DNA of 64,000 nucleotides from Pseudomonadota bacterium (GCA_038533095.1 JBCAZI010000004.1:3028-67027), one strand, 5' to 3'; counted from the stretch's first letter, positions 20,011 through 29,979 are shown. Numbers and translations are program-made. Notes: generated by a model from the letters alone, not told the origin.

Positions 20011-20688
20011 CTAGTTATTCACCGCAAGAACACGCATAAAGCTCTCGGTCATATGCTTGCGCATACCATCTACCGCGACTTGTGTATCGTCTGAAAAAAT
20101 CTTGGCCAACAGCTCCTCATGGTTCTGCACCGATGCGTCCAAATCCGCCTGTGTTTCCAGCTTTTTCGCGCGAAATGGCCCGGTCTTGCGCCGAAAGTCT
20201 GACGCGAGATCGAAAATATAAGGGTTGTCGGTCGCCCGATAGATCGACAGGTGCAACGCTTCATTCGCGCGGATATAGGCCAGGCGGTCGTTGGCTTGCG
20301 CTGCAGCTTTGCAGTCTTCTTGCGCGGCTTCAATTTCGGACCGCGCTAACAACGTCAGACGTTGATTGGCTAAACGCGCGCAAATGCTCTCTATTTCTTG
20401 CATGGCTTCAAACATTTGCGCCAATTCTTCACGGGAATATTGCGCCACACGGACACCGCGTTTTTCGCCGCTAACCAGCACACCTTGGGCGGTCAGGCGG
20501 CTAAGCGCCTCACGCACAGGTGTGCGGGATACATCAAAGCGTGTTGCAAGCTTGGTTTCGTCCAAACGTTCGCCCGGTTCGAGTTGGCCAGAGGCGATAT
20601 CATCCAGCAATGCGCTTTCGATTCGCTGGAAGGTCGATTCGCGTAGTGATGTGCCGTTTCGATCCATATTCTGCCCCTTATTCAACAT
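20011..20688 (-). CDS. GntR-family transcriptional regulator (FadR/FCD subfamily)
   Basis: N-terminal wHTH: LDETKLATRFDVSRTPVREALSRLTAQGVL. The C-terminal region is all-helical and FCD-like. Possible starts are 20697 (TTG), 20688 (ATG) and 20667 (ATG). Confidence 0.85.
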   Translation of the reverse strand: MLNKGQNMDRNGTSLRESTFQRIESALLDDIASGQLEPGERLDETKLATRFDVSRTPVREALSRLTAQGVLVSGEKRGVRVAQYSREELAQMFEAMQEIESICARLANQRLTLLARSEIEAAQEDCKAAAQANDRLAYIRANEALHLSIYRATDNPYIFDLASDFRRKTGPFRAKKLETQADLDASVQNHEELLAKIFSDDTQVAVDGMRKHMTESFMRVLAVNN

Positions 20689-20763
20689 GCGAGCCAACGG
20701 TTTCCTAGCATGTTTTGTAGTCCAAAACCACTAAAACCAGATTATTTGGATATTTTTTGTTGC

Positions 20764-20776
20764 TTTTGTATACAAA
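20764..20776. promoter_or_regulatory. Second copy of TTTTGTATACAAA, candidate GntR operator in the gntR / ABC-transporter divergent region
   Basis: Read directly. It lies between the GntR start (20688) and the ABC ATPase ATG (20818). Confidence 0.55.
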
Positions 20777-20817
20777 CTAATGTTTCCCTTGAGCGAACGA
20801 GGGGGAGAAAACCGTTA

Positions 20818-21891
20818 ATGCCAGAAATAAGACTGCAACATTTGCGCAAAGACTATGGCGCAGTGACGGTGATCGAGGACCTTAACCTTGAAATGGCTGA
20901 TGGCGAATTCACGGTGCTTGTCGGCCCTTCTGGCTGTGGCAAATCCACGACCCTGCGCATGATTGCGGGTCTGGAGAGTGTCACAGGCGGTGAGATCATG
21001 ATCGGCGATCGTGATGTATCGCAATTAGAGCCCAAAGAACGTGACCTGGCGATGGTGTTTCAGGATTACGCGCTATACCCGCATATGGACGTGGCCAAAA
21101 ATATGTCGTTCGCGTTGCGCTTGGCGCGCATGAACAAGACCGACATTGATAAGCGCGTCAAAGAAGTGGCCGAAACGCTTGATCTGACCGCATACCTGAA
21201 CCGCAAACCAGCAGAACTGTCTGGAGGTCAGCGCCAGCGTGTTGCCATGGGCCGCGCACTGGTGCGTGATGCAGGTACTTTCCTGTTTGATGAACCACTG
21301 TCCAATCTGGACGCCAAACTGCGCGGACAAATGCGTGCCGAACTGGCCTTGATGTCGCAGCGGATCAAAAAGAACATGATCTATGTGACCCATGATCAAG
21401 TCGAAGCGATGACGCTGGGTGACAAGATTGTCGTCATGAAGTTTGGAGAAATCATGCAAGCCGGCACACCGGAAGAACTGTACCGCAGCCCCGCCAATAA
21501 ATTCGTCGCGGGTTTTATCGGATCACCAACCATGAATTTCCTGAACGCTGAATTGGCGGATGAAGGCGGAACCTTGTTTGCCAAGGGCGATGGATTCTCC
21601 ATCCCGCTGCCGGACACGCGTAAAGGCGCGCTGCAGGCCCACCAAGACCGTAACATCCATCTGGGTATCCGCCCCTCCAGCTTTGCTGAAGGGCCCGGTG
21701 GGCTGAAAATGCCGGTGATCCTGTCGGAATATATCGGCGCGCAATCGGTGCTGATCTCTGAACTGGGTGGACAGCGCGTTGCGATTGAAATCAATACCGT
21801 CGCCCCCATTCGGGCCGGCGAGGAACGTGAATTCACGGTGCAAGGGGATGAAGTCCATCTCTTTGATCCCAAAACCGAAGCGGCGCTTTAA
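20818..21891 (+). CDS. ABC transporter ATP-binding protein, sugar type (MalK/UgpC-like)
   Basis: Walker A GPSGCGKST, signature LSGGQRQR and Walker B FLFDEPLSNLD, plus a C-terminal TOBE-like domain. ATG 20818 follows GGGGGAG. Confidence 0.9.
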   Translation: MPEIRLQHLRKDYGAVTVIEDLNLEMADGEFTVLVGPSGCGKSTTLRMIAGLESVTGGEIMIGDRDVSQLEPKERDLAMVFQDYALYPHMDVAKNMSFALRLARMNKTDIDKRVKEVAETLDLTAYLNRKPAELSGGQRQRVAMGRALVRDAGTFLFDEPLSNLDAKLRGQMRAELALMSQRIKKNMIYVTHDQVEAMTLGDKIVVMKFGEIMQAGTPEELYRSPANKFVAGFIGSPTMNFLNAELADEGGTLFAKGDGFSIPLPDTRKGALQAHQDRNIHLGIRPSSFAEGPGGLKMPVILSEYIGAQSVLISELGGQRVAIEINTVAPIRAGEEREFTVQGDEVHLFDPKTEAAL

Positions 21892-21921
21892 GCCCCGCAA
21901 AAAACCATCTGGGAGGATGAT

Positions 21922-23265
21922 ATGAAGGTAACGAAGAAGAACGTCTGGTCTGCGGCAATTGCCGTATCCCTGACCTATACGACCGCATATGCCGACGGCC
22001 ATACGGCCGACGTCTATGCGCCCTACGAAGGCACGACACTGGTCGTAAACTTCCCTGCGCACCCACACTATAATGCGGTGATGGAAGTCCTGCCCGAGTT
22101 TACCGAACAGACCGGCATTGAGGTCGAAGTCGACCAGCTGCAGTACCTACGTATGCGCGAACGTCAGACGCTGGAGCTAACAAAGGACGAAGGTGATTAT
22201 GATCTGATCGCTTACGTTGTTTTCTCAAAGGCGGACTATGTCTTTGCCGATCAGCTGGAAAACCTCGCGAAATACTTCATGAACCCGCGTCTGGCTGACC
22301 CGAACTATGACGCTGGTGATCTCATCGACGGCTATGTTGCCAATATCGGCATTGCGGGTGGTGAGAAAGGCTATCTGCCCGGACCAACAGGTTCGCTTTT
22401 TGGTATTCCATTTGGGTCCGAAACATCCGTTTTGGCCTATCGCAAGGACATCTTTGAAAAGCACGGCATCGACGTGCCGGAAACCTATGATGAGCTGCTT
22501 GAGGTGGCCTGCCAGATCCCCGAGGTCGAGCCTGGCATGGGCGGCATGGCATCACGCGCGGCATCCGGCCACCAGGCCAGCCACGCGTTCCTCCTGCACC
22601 TCGCCCCCCTTGGTGGTCGTGTGTTCGACAGTGAATGGAACCCGATCATCAACAGCCCAGAGGGCGTTGCAGCCGCAAATGCGCTGAAAACGATTGTTGA
22701 TTGTGGTCCAGAGGGCGGCACAACATTTGGCCCGGCTGAGGCCGCCGCGGCTTTCCAGCAAGGTCAAGCTGCGATGTTCATGGACTCAATCGCTTTTGCT
22801 GCCGGTTTCGAAGACCCAACCAAATCAACCGTTGTCGGCAACGTCGGCTATGCGCTGCATCCCGAAGGCGTGCGTCGCGGCAGCCAGACCGGTGGCTTTG
22901 GTATCGGCATTCCATCCAACGCCCAGAACAAGGAAGCGGCCTTCCTGCTGATGCAGTGGCTGACGTCCAAAGAACAGGACCTCGCGATTGCGATGGCTGG
23001 CGGCAACCCGTCCCGTTTCTCCACCTATCAGGATGCGGGTCTAAACGAACGCTACCCTTATTCTGCGACCTTTGGTGAAGCGCTGAAGTATGCCGACCCT
23101 GACTGGCGTCCGATCATCCCAACCTGGGGTACGATCAATGCGGATATCGGCACCACAATGTCCAAAGTTCTGACCGAGGATCTGGATATCCAGACAGCCC
23201 TTGATGGTGTGGCAGAACGTGCCAAAGCGATCATGGACGAAGCTGGCTACTACACCTGGCAGTAA
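21922..23265 (+). CDS. ABC transporter extracellular solute-binding protein (family 1, sugar type)
   Basis: 447 aa with N-terminal signal peptide MKVTKKNVWSAAIAVSLTYTTAYA. Placed between the ATPase and two permeases. Confidence 0.8.
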   Translation: MKVTKKNVWSAAIAVSLTYTTAYADGHTADVYAPYEGTTLVVNFPAHPHYNAVMEVLPEFTEQTGIEVEVDQLQYLRMRERQTLELTKDEGDYDLIAYVVFSKADYVFADQLENLAKYFMNPRLADPNYDAGDLIDGYVANIGIAGGEKGYLPGPTGSLFGIPFGSETSVLAYRKDIFEKHGIDVPETYDELLEVACQIPEVEPGMGGMASRAASGHQASHAFLLHLAPLGGRVFDSEWNPIINSPEGVAAANALKTIVDCGPEGGTTFGPAEAAAAFQQGQAAMFMDSIAFAAGFEDPTKSTVVGNVGYALHPEGVRRGSQTGGFGIGIPSNAQNKEAAFLLMQWLTSKEQDLAIAMAGGNPSRFSTYQDAGLNERYPYSATFGEALKYADPDWRPIIPTWGTINADIGTTMSKVLTEDLDIQTALDGVAERAKAIMDEAGYYTWQ

Positions 23266-23342
23266 CCTCCCGATGTGTTGGGCTGGTGCGTGATGCATCG
23301 GCCCAATACGCCCCTTTGACCCCGTAAGAAAGCAATCGGCAC

Positions 23343-24257
23343 ATGAGCACTGCACGCGCCAATCGCATGACGCCATATCTGTTTCTGGCCCCTGCTGGGG
23401 TCGTTCTGGCGGTCGCGCTGTTCTATCCGATCTGCTACATGATCTACGCCAGCTTTCTGGACTGGAACCCCAGCCAGCGTATTGGTGAAGCTGATTTTAT
23501 CGGTCTGCGCAATTACACCAAACTTTTCAGCGATGATGCTTTCCGTGAAAGCATGTGGGTGACGATCAAATTTTCCATGGTCGTCGTGACCATCGAAATG
23601 ATCCTCGGCGTGGGCCTTGCCCTTTTGCTGGATCGCAACATTCGCGGCATGTCCGTGCTGCGCACCCTTTTCATCCTGCCAATGATGATTGCCCCCATCG
23701 TCGTGGGTTTGATGTGGCGCTATATGTACCACCCGACCGTGGGCATCTTTAACCGCACGCTGACGGATTGGGGGTTTGAACCGATCCCATGGTTGGCAGA
23801 TGGGGATTGGGCCTTTGCCTCCATCGTGATCGCTGACATCTGGCAGTGGACCCCGTTTATCTTCATCCTGTCGCTTGCCGCCCTGCAATCGCTGCCTGCC
23901 TCAGCCATTGAGGCCAGCAAGATTGATGGCGCAACCGGTTGGCAGCAGATCGTCTACATCAAACTGCCGCTGATGTTGCCCGTCCTGATCGTGACGCTCC
24001 TATTGCGGCTGATCGACAGCTTCAAAGTGCTTGAGGTGATCCTGGTGATGACCAATGGTGGGCCGGGCCTATCGACCGAAATCCTGTCGATCCGTATCAA
24101 CCGCACCGCATCTGAATTCCGCGAATTGGGCGAGGCTGCAGCGATGTCGAACCTGTTGTTGATCATCCTGCTGATCCTGACCTTTGCGATGTTCATCTAC
24201 AATAAAGCGCAGGAAGTGCGCGCCCAGCGCTTGCGCGCGGTGGAGGAAGAGGCATGA
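23343..24257 (+). CDS. ABC transporter permease (MalF/UgpA-like)
   Basis: 304 aa, 6 TM segments, EAA-like loop EASKIDGATGWQQIVYIKLP. Confidence 0.85.
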   Translation: MSTARANRMTPYLFLAPAGVVLAVALFYPICYMIYASFLDWNPSQRIGEADFIGLRNYTKLFSDDAFRESMWVTIKFSMVVVTIEMILGVGLALLLDRNIRGMSVLRTLFILPMMIAPIVVGLMWRYMYHPTVGIFNRTLTDWGFEPIPWLADGDWAFASIVIADIWQWTPFIFILSLAALQSLPASAIEASKIDGATGWQQIVYIKLPLMLPVLIVTLLLRLIDSFKVLEVILVMTNGGPGLSTEILSIRINRTASEFRELGEAAAMSNLLLIILLILTFAMFIYNKAQEVRAQRLRAVEEEA

Positions 24258-25126
24258 GCCAGAAAACCTATGACCGCCAGAACCCGGCCTTCTATGTGCT
24301 GATCGTCATGCTGGTGATCATGGCCATCGGCCCGATCTACCTGATGCTAGTGACCTCGCTGAAGCTGAATGTCGATATTATGTCCGACACCTCCAGCCTG
24401 ATTTTCATGCCGACACTGCGGAACTATGAAACCGCACTATGCGATTTCCTGTGGTACGAGCCAGAACATCTGCGCCGTTGCGATCCCACCTTTGGGCGGG
24501 CGCTGACAAACTCGCTTATCATCGGCCTGGTCTCTACGGCGATCACGCTGGTCATCGGCACGATGGCCGCCTATGCGCTGGTGCGTTTCCGCTTTATGGG
24601 CCGCGATGTCGTGTCGATCTGGACCCTCATGATGCGCATGGTCCCACCTGCGGTTCTGCTGGTGCCGGTCTTTGGCATCTGGACCTTCCAGTTTGGCATT
24701 GATGGCACGCGCGGCGGTATCATTCTGGTCTATGTCGCCCTGAACCTGCCCTTCGTGATCTGGATTTTACAAAGTTTCATCGTCCAAGTGCCAATCCAGC
24801 TGGAAGAGGCCGCGCGCATGGATGGCGCAGGTCCGTTTCAGGTGTTCTTTCTGGTTGTCTTACCCCTGATCAAACCGGGGATTGCGGCGGCATCTATCTT
24901 TACTTTCCGGGTCGCTTGGAACGAATTCCTGCTGGCCAACGCGCTGGCCGACCGCAACAGCCGTACGGTGCCGGTCACCATCGTGAACAGCCTGACCGAA
25001 TTTGATATCGACTGGGGTGTGATCATGGCGACGGGTATGTTGTTGGCCATCCCACCGATCATCTTTACCTTCCTGGCCAGCCGCCAGATTATCACCGGCA
25101 TGACTGCGGGGGCAGTAAAAGGGTAA
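24254..25126 (+). CDS. ABC transporter permease (MalG/UgpE-like)
   Basis: 290 aa with EAA loop EEAARMDGAGPFQVFFLVVLP. Overlaps the previous gene by 4 nt. Confidence 0.85.
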   Translation: MSQKTYDRQNPAFYVLIVMLVIMAIGPIYLMLVTSLKLNVDIMSDTSSLIFMPTLRNYETALCDFLWYEPEHLRRCDPTFGRALTNSLIIGLVSTAITLVIGTMAAYALVRFRFMGRDVVSIWTLMMRMVPPAVLLVPVFGIWTFQFGIDGTRGGIILVYVALNLPFVIWILQSFIVQVPIQLEEAARMDGAGPFQVFFLVVLPLIKPGIAAASIFTFRVAWNEFLLANALADRNSRTVPVTIVNSLTEFDIDWGVIMATGMLLAIPPIIFTFLASRQIITGMTAGAVKG

Positions 25127-26250
25127 TGAGCGTCCTTCTTCTGGCGACCTATGACACCAAACAAGAGGAAGCCGATTATCTGATCCTGGGGCTGAAAGCG
25201 CAGGGTGTTCCGGTGGAACAATGCGATATCTCTCTGAAGGCAGGGGGCGCACATTGGTCGCCTGCCGCAAAAGTTGCAGGCATGAAAGCAGCAACCGAAC
25301 GCGCAATTGCCGAAATTAACAGCGCACCCCAATCGGGGCGACGCATGGTGGTCGCGATTGGTGGCGGTACAGGCGGGCAGATTGCGGTGAATGTGCTGCG
25401 ATCCTTGCCGCTTTCCATGCCCAAGGTGCTGGTCACAACGCTGCCATTTGATCCCCGATATGTCATCGCTGACAGCTCGATCGTGCTGGTGCCCACGATT
25501 GCAGACCTCTGCGGTCTGAATGCCACCACACGCGCCGCATTGGACCGGGCCGCCGCGATCACCGGTGGGCTTTATCATGCAACACTCCCCACGGGCCCTG
25601 CATCATTGACACCCTCAGTTGGGGTCACATCGCTGGGCGTGACCGGGCCGGGAACGGATGCACTTTGCGACCGCCTGCGCGCGGATGGCGATGAGGTCAC
25701 CGTCTTCCATGCCAACGGCTTTGGCGGTGCCGCTTTTACCCGCTGGGCCGAAAACGGCGCGTTCAAATCAGTTGTCGATTATACGCCGCATGAGCTGACG
25801 CGCTGTTACATCGCCGGGGTCAATGCCGATATGCCGGGGCGCTTTACCGCTATGGGAAATGTGCCCCGCGTGATCCTGCCCGGTGGTGTAAATTTCATCG
25901 GCATGGGGCAGGCCGACCTGATGCCAGAGGCTTACCGCGCCCGCCCCCATTACAGCCATTCGCCGCTCTTTACCCATGTGCAATGTACGGCGGATGAAGT
26001 CGCCAAATGTGCCAATATCCTGGGTGAGGCAATCGCCCAAGCCACAGCCCCCGTGCGTGTGCTGATCCCCATGGGCGGCTTTTCATCAGAAGATAAACCC
26101 GGTGGCGCCATCGAAAGCATGGCGCTGCGCGAGGTCTTTCGCGACACTATTTCTCAATACACAAACGCCGTCAGCCTAGACGGGCACATCAATGACACGG
26201 CCACCGCGATAGCCGCCGTTGACGCCCTGCGCGACATCACAAAGGACTAA
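25126..26250 (+). CDS. Tm-1-like ATP-binding domain protein (UPF0261 family)
   Basis: 374 aa. The MSVLLLATYDTKQEEADYL N-terminus and GGGTGG motif are typical of UPF0261. The start overlaps the permease stop by 1 nt. Confidence 0.65.
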   Translation: MSVLLLATYDTKQEEADYLILGLKAQGVPVEQCDISLKAGGAHWSPAAKVAGMKAATERAIAEINSAPQSGRRMVVAIGGGTGGQIAVNVLRSLPLSMPKVLVTTLPFDPRYVIADSSIVLVPTIADLCGLNATTRAALDRAAAITGGLYHATLPTGPASLTPSVGVTSLGVTGPGTDALCDRLRADGDEVTVFHANGFGGAAFTRWAENGAFKSVVDYTPHELTRCYIAGVNADMPGRFTAMGNVPRVILPGGVNFIGMGQADLMPEAYRARPHYSHSPLFTHVQCTADEVAKCANILGEAIAQATAPVRVLIPMGGFSSEDKPGGAIESMALREVFRDTISQYTNAVSLDGHINDTATAIAAVDALRDITKD

Positions 26251-26255
26251 ACCCC

Positions 26256-26912
26256 ATGTTCGACCCATCCGATATCGAAGCCAAAAAAGACGCCCTGATC
26301 TGGTCTGCAAAGCGCTGCTTTGATCTGGGGCTACAGACCAACGCGGGCGGCAACCTGTCGGTGCGGCTTTCATCGGGGCCGGGCATTGTGATCAAGCCCT
26401 CTGGCGTGGGCTTCGCCGAATGCAGCCGCGACAACCTGCAAGTCGTGCATCTGGATGGCACGATTGAACCGTCAGCGTTCAAGCCATCCAAGGACATGGA
26501 TTTCCACCTTGATCTTTACCGCATCCGGCCCGACATCAACGCCATCGTCCATTGCCACAGCCCTTGGGCCACAGGTTTTGCCAGTGCCGGGATCGAGATC
26601 CCTTGCCTGACGGTGCAAACCATTGAAAAGATCGGGCGCATGCCGTTGATCCCGCTATCTGACAATGGCGGGCCGCAAACTGAGGTCGAGATCAGCCCGG
26701 TGTTTGAGGATACGTCAGTACGCGCCGCTGTTCTGGCCAACCACGGCACCATCGGGGTGGGCAAAACATTGACCGCAGCGCAATATCTGGCCGAGATTAT
26801 CGAGGAAACTGCCCATATCGCATTCGTGCGTGACACGCTGATGGCGGCCCATGGCAAAACTGCCGCTGATTTACCCGTTTACGGCACCGCGAAAGAGGCG
26901 CGCGGTGGCTAG
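26256..26912 (+). CDS. Class II aldolase/adducin-family protein
   Basis: 218 aa with GGNLSVR, IKPSG, HCHSPW and ANHGTIGVG motifs. Confidence 0.8.
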   Translation: MFDPSDIEAKKDALIWSAKRCFDLGLQTNAGGNLSVRLSSGPGIVIKPSGVGFAECSRDNLQVVHLDGTIEPSAFKPSKDMDFHLDLYRIRPDINAIVHCHSPWATGFASAGIEIPCLTVQTIEKIGRMPLIPLSDNGGPQTEVEISPVFEDTSVRAAVLANHGTIGVGKTLTAAQYLAEIIEETAHIAFVRDTLMAAHGKTAADLPVYGTAKEARGG

Positions 26913-28102
26913 CTGACCCGCGCACCTCGGCTCCAAACCCCGCGCAGCAAGGGTGTTTGTTCAACGGTGCGTACGCGCAATACGTCACCCCGCAAACCAG
27001 GCTTGAGTTCGCCGCGGTCTTGCAATCCGGCCGCCTGCGCAGGGTTGCGTGTTACTGTCGCGATGGCGCGTGGCAGATCATCCCAGATATGCGAAAGCAT
27101 GAAGGCCGCATGCAACAGCGCTGATGGAACGTAGTCAGACGACACAATATCCAGCAGGTTCGCCTTTGCCAGCTCTTCTGCGGCAACATTTCCTGAATGG
27201 GACCCGCCACGGATCAGGTTTGGCGCACCCATCATCACAGGTATGGCGTGATCATGACAGGCTTGGGCGGCTTCGAAGGTCGTCGGAAACTCGGCAAAAC
27301 CCGCCCCGTTTTGGGCAGAGGTCGCAACATGCGCAGCAGTCGTATCGTCATGGCTGGCCAGGACGGCACCCAGCCTTTGTGCCTCAAGCACTGCGCCCTT
27401 TTCATGTTTGGCACCGTATTTCTTTTGCAAGCCCAGCAGGTTTTGCACATGCTCGGCGAACTCATCATCATTCATGCCGCGTTTCTTGGCCACATAGTTT
27501 TTCAGCGCTGTCATATCGCGGAACTGCCGCTGGCCCGGTGTGTGATCCATCAGGCTGACAATGCCGACCCGATCCTCTGATCCAAAGGCGGCGAGTTCAT
27601 CAAGCAATGTCTCTGAACAGATCTCGGCCCGCAGATGCAGGAAATGGCTGATCTTGAACAAGCCAGCATCGCGCGCGGACAGCAATTCATCGGCCAGCTT
27701 GCGTGCGTAGTCGATGTAGCGGCCTTTGCCCGAATGGATCGATCCCGCCCGCATCGCATCAAACACCGTCGTGATCCCGGTTGAGGCGAGTTCGGCGTCA
27801 TGGGCAATCAACGCGGGCAGATGCGGCCAGTCCACGCTGGGGCGCGGCTCAATATGGCGTTCAAGGTTATCGGTGTGTAACTCAACAAACCCAGGCATCA
27901 GCAGATCGCCCTGACAGTCAATACTGCCTGCCGGCACTGCACCGCCTTCGGTAATGTCGACGATTACACCCTGTTCGATCGTTATTGCCCCCGTGATCAC
28001 CGCATCTGGCAGCACAAGGCGCGCATTGGCAAAACGCAGATCGTTTGACACATCACTGTCACAGGCAGAGACCATAGAAGGCGCTGGAAAAGGGGAATTC
28101 AT
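26909..28102 (-). CDS. phnM: Alpha-D-ribose 1-methylphosphonate 5-triphosphate diphosphatase
   Basis: 397 aa amidohydrolase fold: FVELHTDNLE, SLMDHTPGQRQF, ASHDD. Sits in phn context. An alternative start is ATG 28075. Confidence 0.85.
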   Translation of the reverse strand: MNSPFPAPSMVSACDSDVSNDLRFANARLVLPDAVITGAITIEQGVIVDITEGGAVPAGSIDCQGDLLMPGFVELHTDNLERHIEPRPSVDWPHLPALIAHDAELASTGITTVFDAMRAGSIHSGKGRYIDYARKLADELLSARDAGLFKISHFLHLRAEICSETLLDELAAFGSEDRVGIVSLMDHTPGQRQFRDMTALKNYVAKKRGMNDDEFAEHVQNLLGLQKKYGAKHEKGAVLEAQRLGAVLASHDDTTAAHVATSAQNGAGFAEFPTTFEAAQACHDHAIPVMMGAPNLIRGGSHSGNVAAEELAKANLLDIVSSDYVPSALLHAAFMLSHIWDDLPRAIATVTRNPAQAAGLQDRGELKPGLRGDVLRVRTVEQTPLLRGVWSRGARVS

Positions 28103-28772
28103 GTCATACTCTCGATTTGCGATCTACTATGTCCCACCCGAAGGACCTTTGGCCGATTTTGGTGCGGCATGGTTGGGATGGGATGTTATTCAAGGGTGCG
28201 CGGTTCATCAGCCGGGCTTGCCCGGTTTGGATGACATTACGATGACACCGCGCAAATACGGGTTTCACGGGACGCTGAAGCCCCCGTTTCGGCTGGCCGA
28301 CGGGTATACGGCGGGCGACCTGCAAAGCGCTGTAGCCAAACTGGCAGAGGGGCTGGCGCCCGCCCGTTGCGATGGTTTGCAACTGACCTCTATGGGTGGG
28401 TTTCTGGCCCTGACGCCGCAGGGCGATACGTCGGGTCTGCAACGGGTTGCGGGGGCTTGCGTACAAGCATTGGATGCGTTTCGTGCACCCGCGTCCGAGG
28501 CCGAGATCGCGCGCCGCCGCCAGGCGGGCCTGAGCGCGCGGCAAGACGCGCTGTTGCAGCAGTGGGGTTATCCTTACGTCATGGAAGAGTTTCGCTTTCA
28601 TCTGACACTCTCGGGCCGGTTGGACCCAGAGGAGATCACGCAATGGTCCGAAACCGCCCAAGACAGGTTGCCGGAACTGCCCGCGCCCTTCGTCATTGAT
28701 CAGGTTGCCCTCTGTGGTGAACGCAGCGACGGATGCTTTGAGTTGATCCATCGCTATACTTTGACCGGCTGA
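28101..28772 (+). CDS. DUF1045 putative phosphonate-metabolism protein (2H-phosphoesterase-like)
   Basis: The MSYSRFAIYYVPP... N-terminus and FHGTLKPPF / FHLTLS (two H-x-T-like motifs) are typical of DUF1045. The track ORF starts at 27954. I prefer ATG 28101. Confidence 0.7.
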   Translation: MSYSRFAIYYVPPEGPLADFGAAWLGWDVIQGCAVHQPGLPGLDDITMTPRKYGFHGTLKPPFRLADGYTAGDLQSAVAKLAEGLAPARCDGLQLTSMGGFLALTPQGDTSGLQRVAGACVQALDAFRAPASEAEIARRRQAGLSARQDALLQQWGYPYVMEEFRFHLTLSGRLDPEEITQWSETAQDRLPELPAPFVIDQVALCGERSDGCFELIHRYTLTG

Positions 28773-29299
28773 AGTGCCGCAACCGCGCGTGCCACGGTCT
28801 GCTCTAGCGGTCCGTCATTGGACAGATGGATAACATCAAGCTCTGCCGGCAAGGGTTTATCTGCCTCTGCCAGCCGTTTGGCGATTTCTTCCTCTGTTTC
28901 GCGCCCGCGTGCCGCGAGCCTACGCGCCAAGGTCTGGGGTGCTGCGGTAATGTTCAATACAAGAAATCGCGGAAACAGCTTTGCCGCCCGACCCAATGCT
29001 TTCCGCGAGAAATTCGCCAGACAGTCTGTGCCCTCAGCAAGCCTAGAATTGACCGCTTGCGGCAAGCCGTAATGCAGGTCATGCGCTCCCCAATGGAGCG
29101 CGAATTCCCCGTTCTGCGCCATCTGCTGAAACTGGGGCACTGACACCGCATCATAGTCTTCGCCGCCCAACTCTGGCGCGCGCGTGATGACCCGGCGCAC
29201 CAAATGGACGGCCGGTATCGCGGCATGAATGCCCGCCATGACGCTGTCTTTGCCAACACCCGACGGCCCAACCACCGCGATAAGCCGCCCCTCTGTCAT
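28754..29299 (-). CDS. phnN: Ribose 1,5-bisphosphate phosphokinase
   Basis: 181 aa with P-loop VVGPSGVGKDS, guanylate-kinase-like. Overlaps the phnL stop by 4 nt. Confidence 0.85.
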   Translation of the reverse strand: MTEGRLIAVVGPSGVGKDSVMAGIHAAIPAVHLVRRVITRAPELGGEDYDAVSVPQFQQMAQNGEFALHWGAHDLHYGLPQAVNSRLAEGTDCLANFSRKALGRAAKLFPRFLVLNITAAPQTLARRLAARGRETEEEIAKRLAEADKPLPAELDVIHLSNDGPLEQTVARAVAALQPVKV

Positions 29300-29979
29300 G
29301 CGGCAACACCCGGGACAAAACAGGCCACATCAATCTCGCGGTCACAGACCCGCGCGCGCGCTGCCTCATCATGGAAAATCCCGATGATTGCGGCACCCCG
29401 CGCCTTCGCGTCTTCAATCAGCGACAAGACAACCTCGCGATTTGCGGCATCAAGGCTCGCTGTCGGTTCATCCAGCAACATCGCCGGGTAGTTATGCGCA
29501 AAGCCCCGTGCGATATTGACCCGCTGCTGTTCCCCGCCAGAAAATGTTGTTGGCGAAAGGGACCATAGGCGTTCGGGGATATTCAGCTGCGCAAGCAAAG
29601 CGCGGGCGCGTATCTCTGCCTGGTCAGCAGCAACACCAACCATCCGCAGCGGTTCTGCCACGACATCCAAGGTTGAGACACGCGGCACAACCCGCAGGAA
29701 CTGGCTGACATAACCCAACACATCGCGCCGCAGCTGGATGACCTCGCGCGGGGCGGCCTGCACCAGATCAACATCGCCGATACGAATTTCGCCATTCTGT
29801 GCCAGATAGTTGCCGTAGATCATCCGCATCAACGTTGATTTGCCTGCGCCAGAGGCACCGGTCAGTGCCACACATTCGCCAGCGGCGACGCGGAATGAGA
29901 CATCGTTAAATACCTCGATGACCGCGCTGCCCTGATTGTGCAGGGTGAATGTCTTGGAAACGTCGTTCAGTTCAATCAT
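29296..29979 (-). CDS. phnL: C-P lyase system ATP-binding component PhnL
   Basis: 227 aa with GASGAGKST, FSGGEQQRV and LLDEPTASLD. Confidence 0.85.
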   Translation of the reverse strand: MIELNDVSKTFTLHNQGSAVIEVFNDVSFRVAAGECVALTGASGAGKSTLMRMIYGNYLAQNGEIRIGDVDLVQAAPREVIQLRRDVLGYVSQFLRVVPRVSTLDVVAEPLRMVGVAADQAEIRARALLAQLNIPERLWSLSPTTFSGGEQQRVNIARGFAHNYPAMLLDEPTASLDAANREVVLSLIEDAKARGAAIIGIFHDEAARARVCDREIDVACFVPGVAA

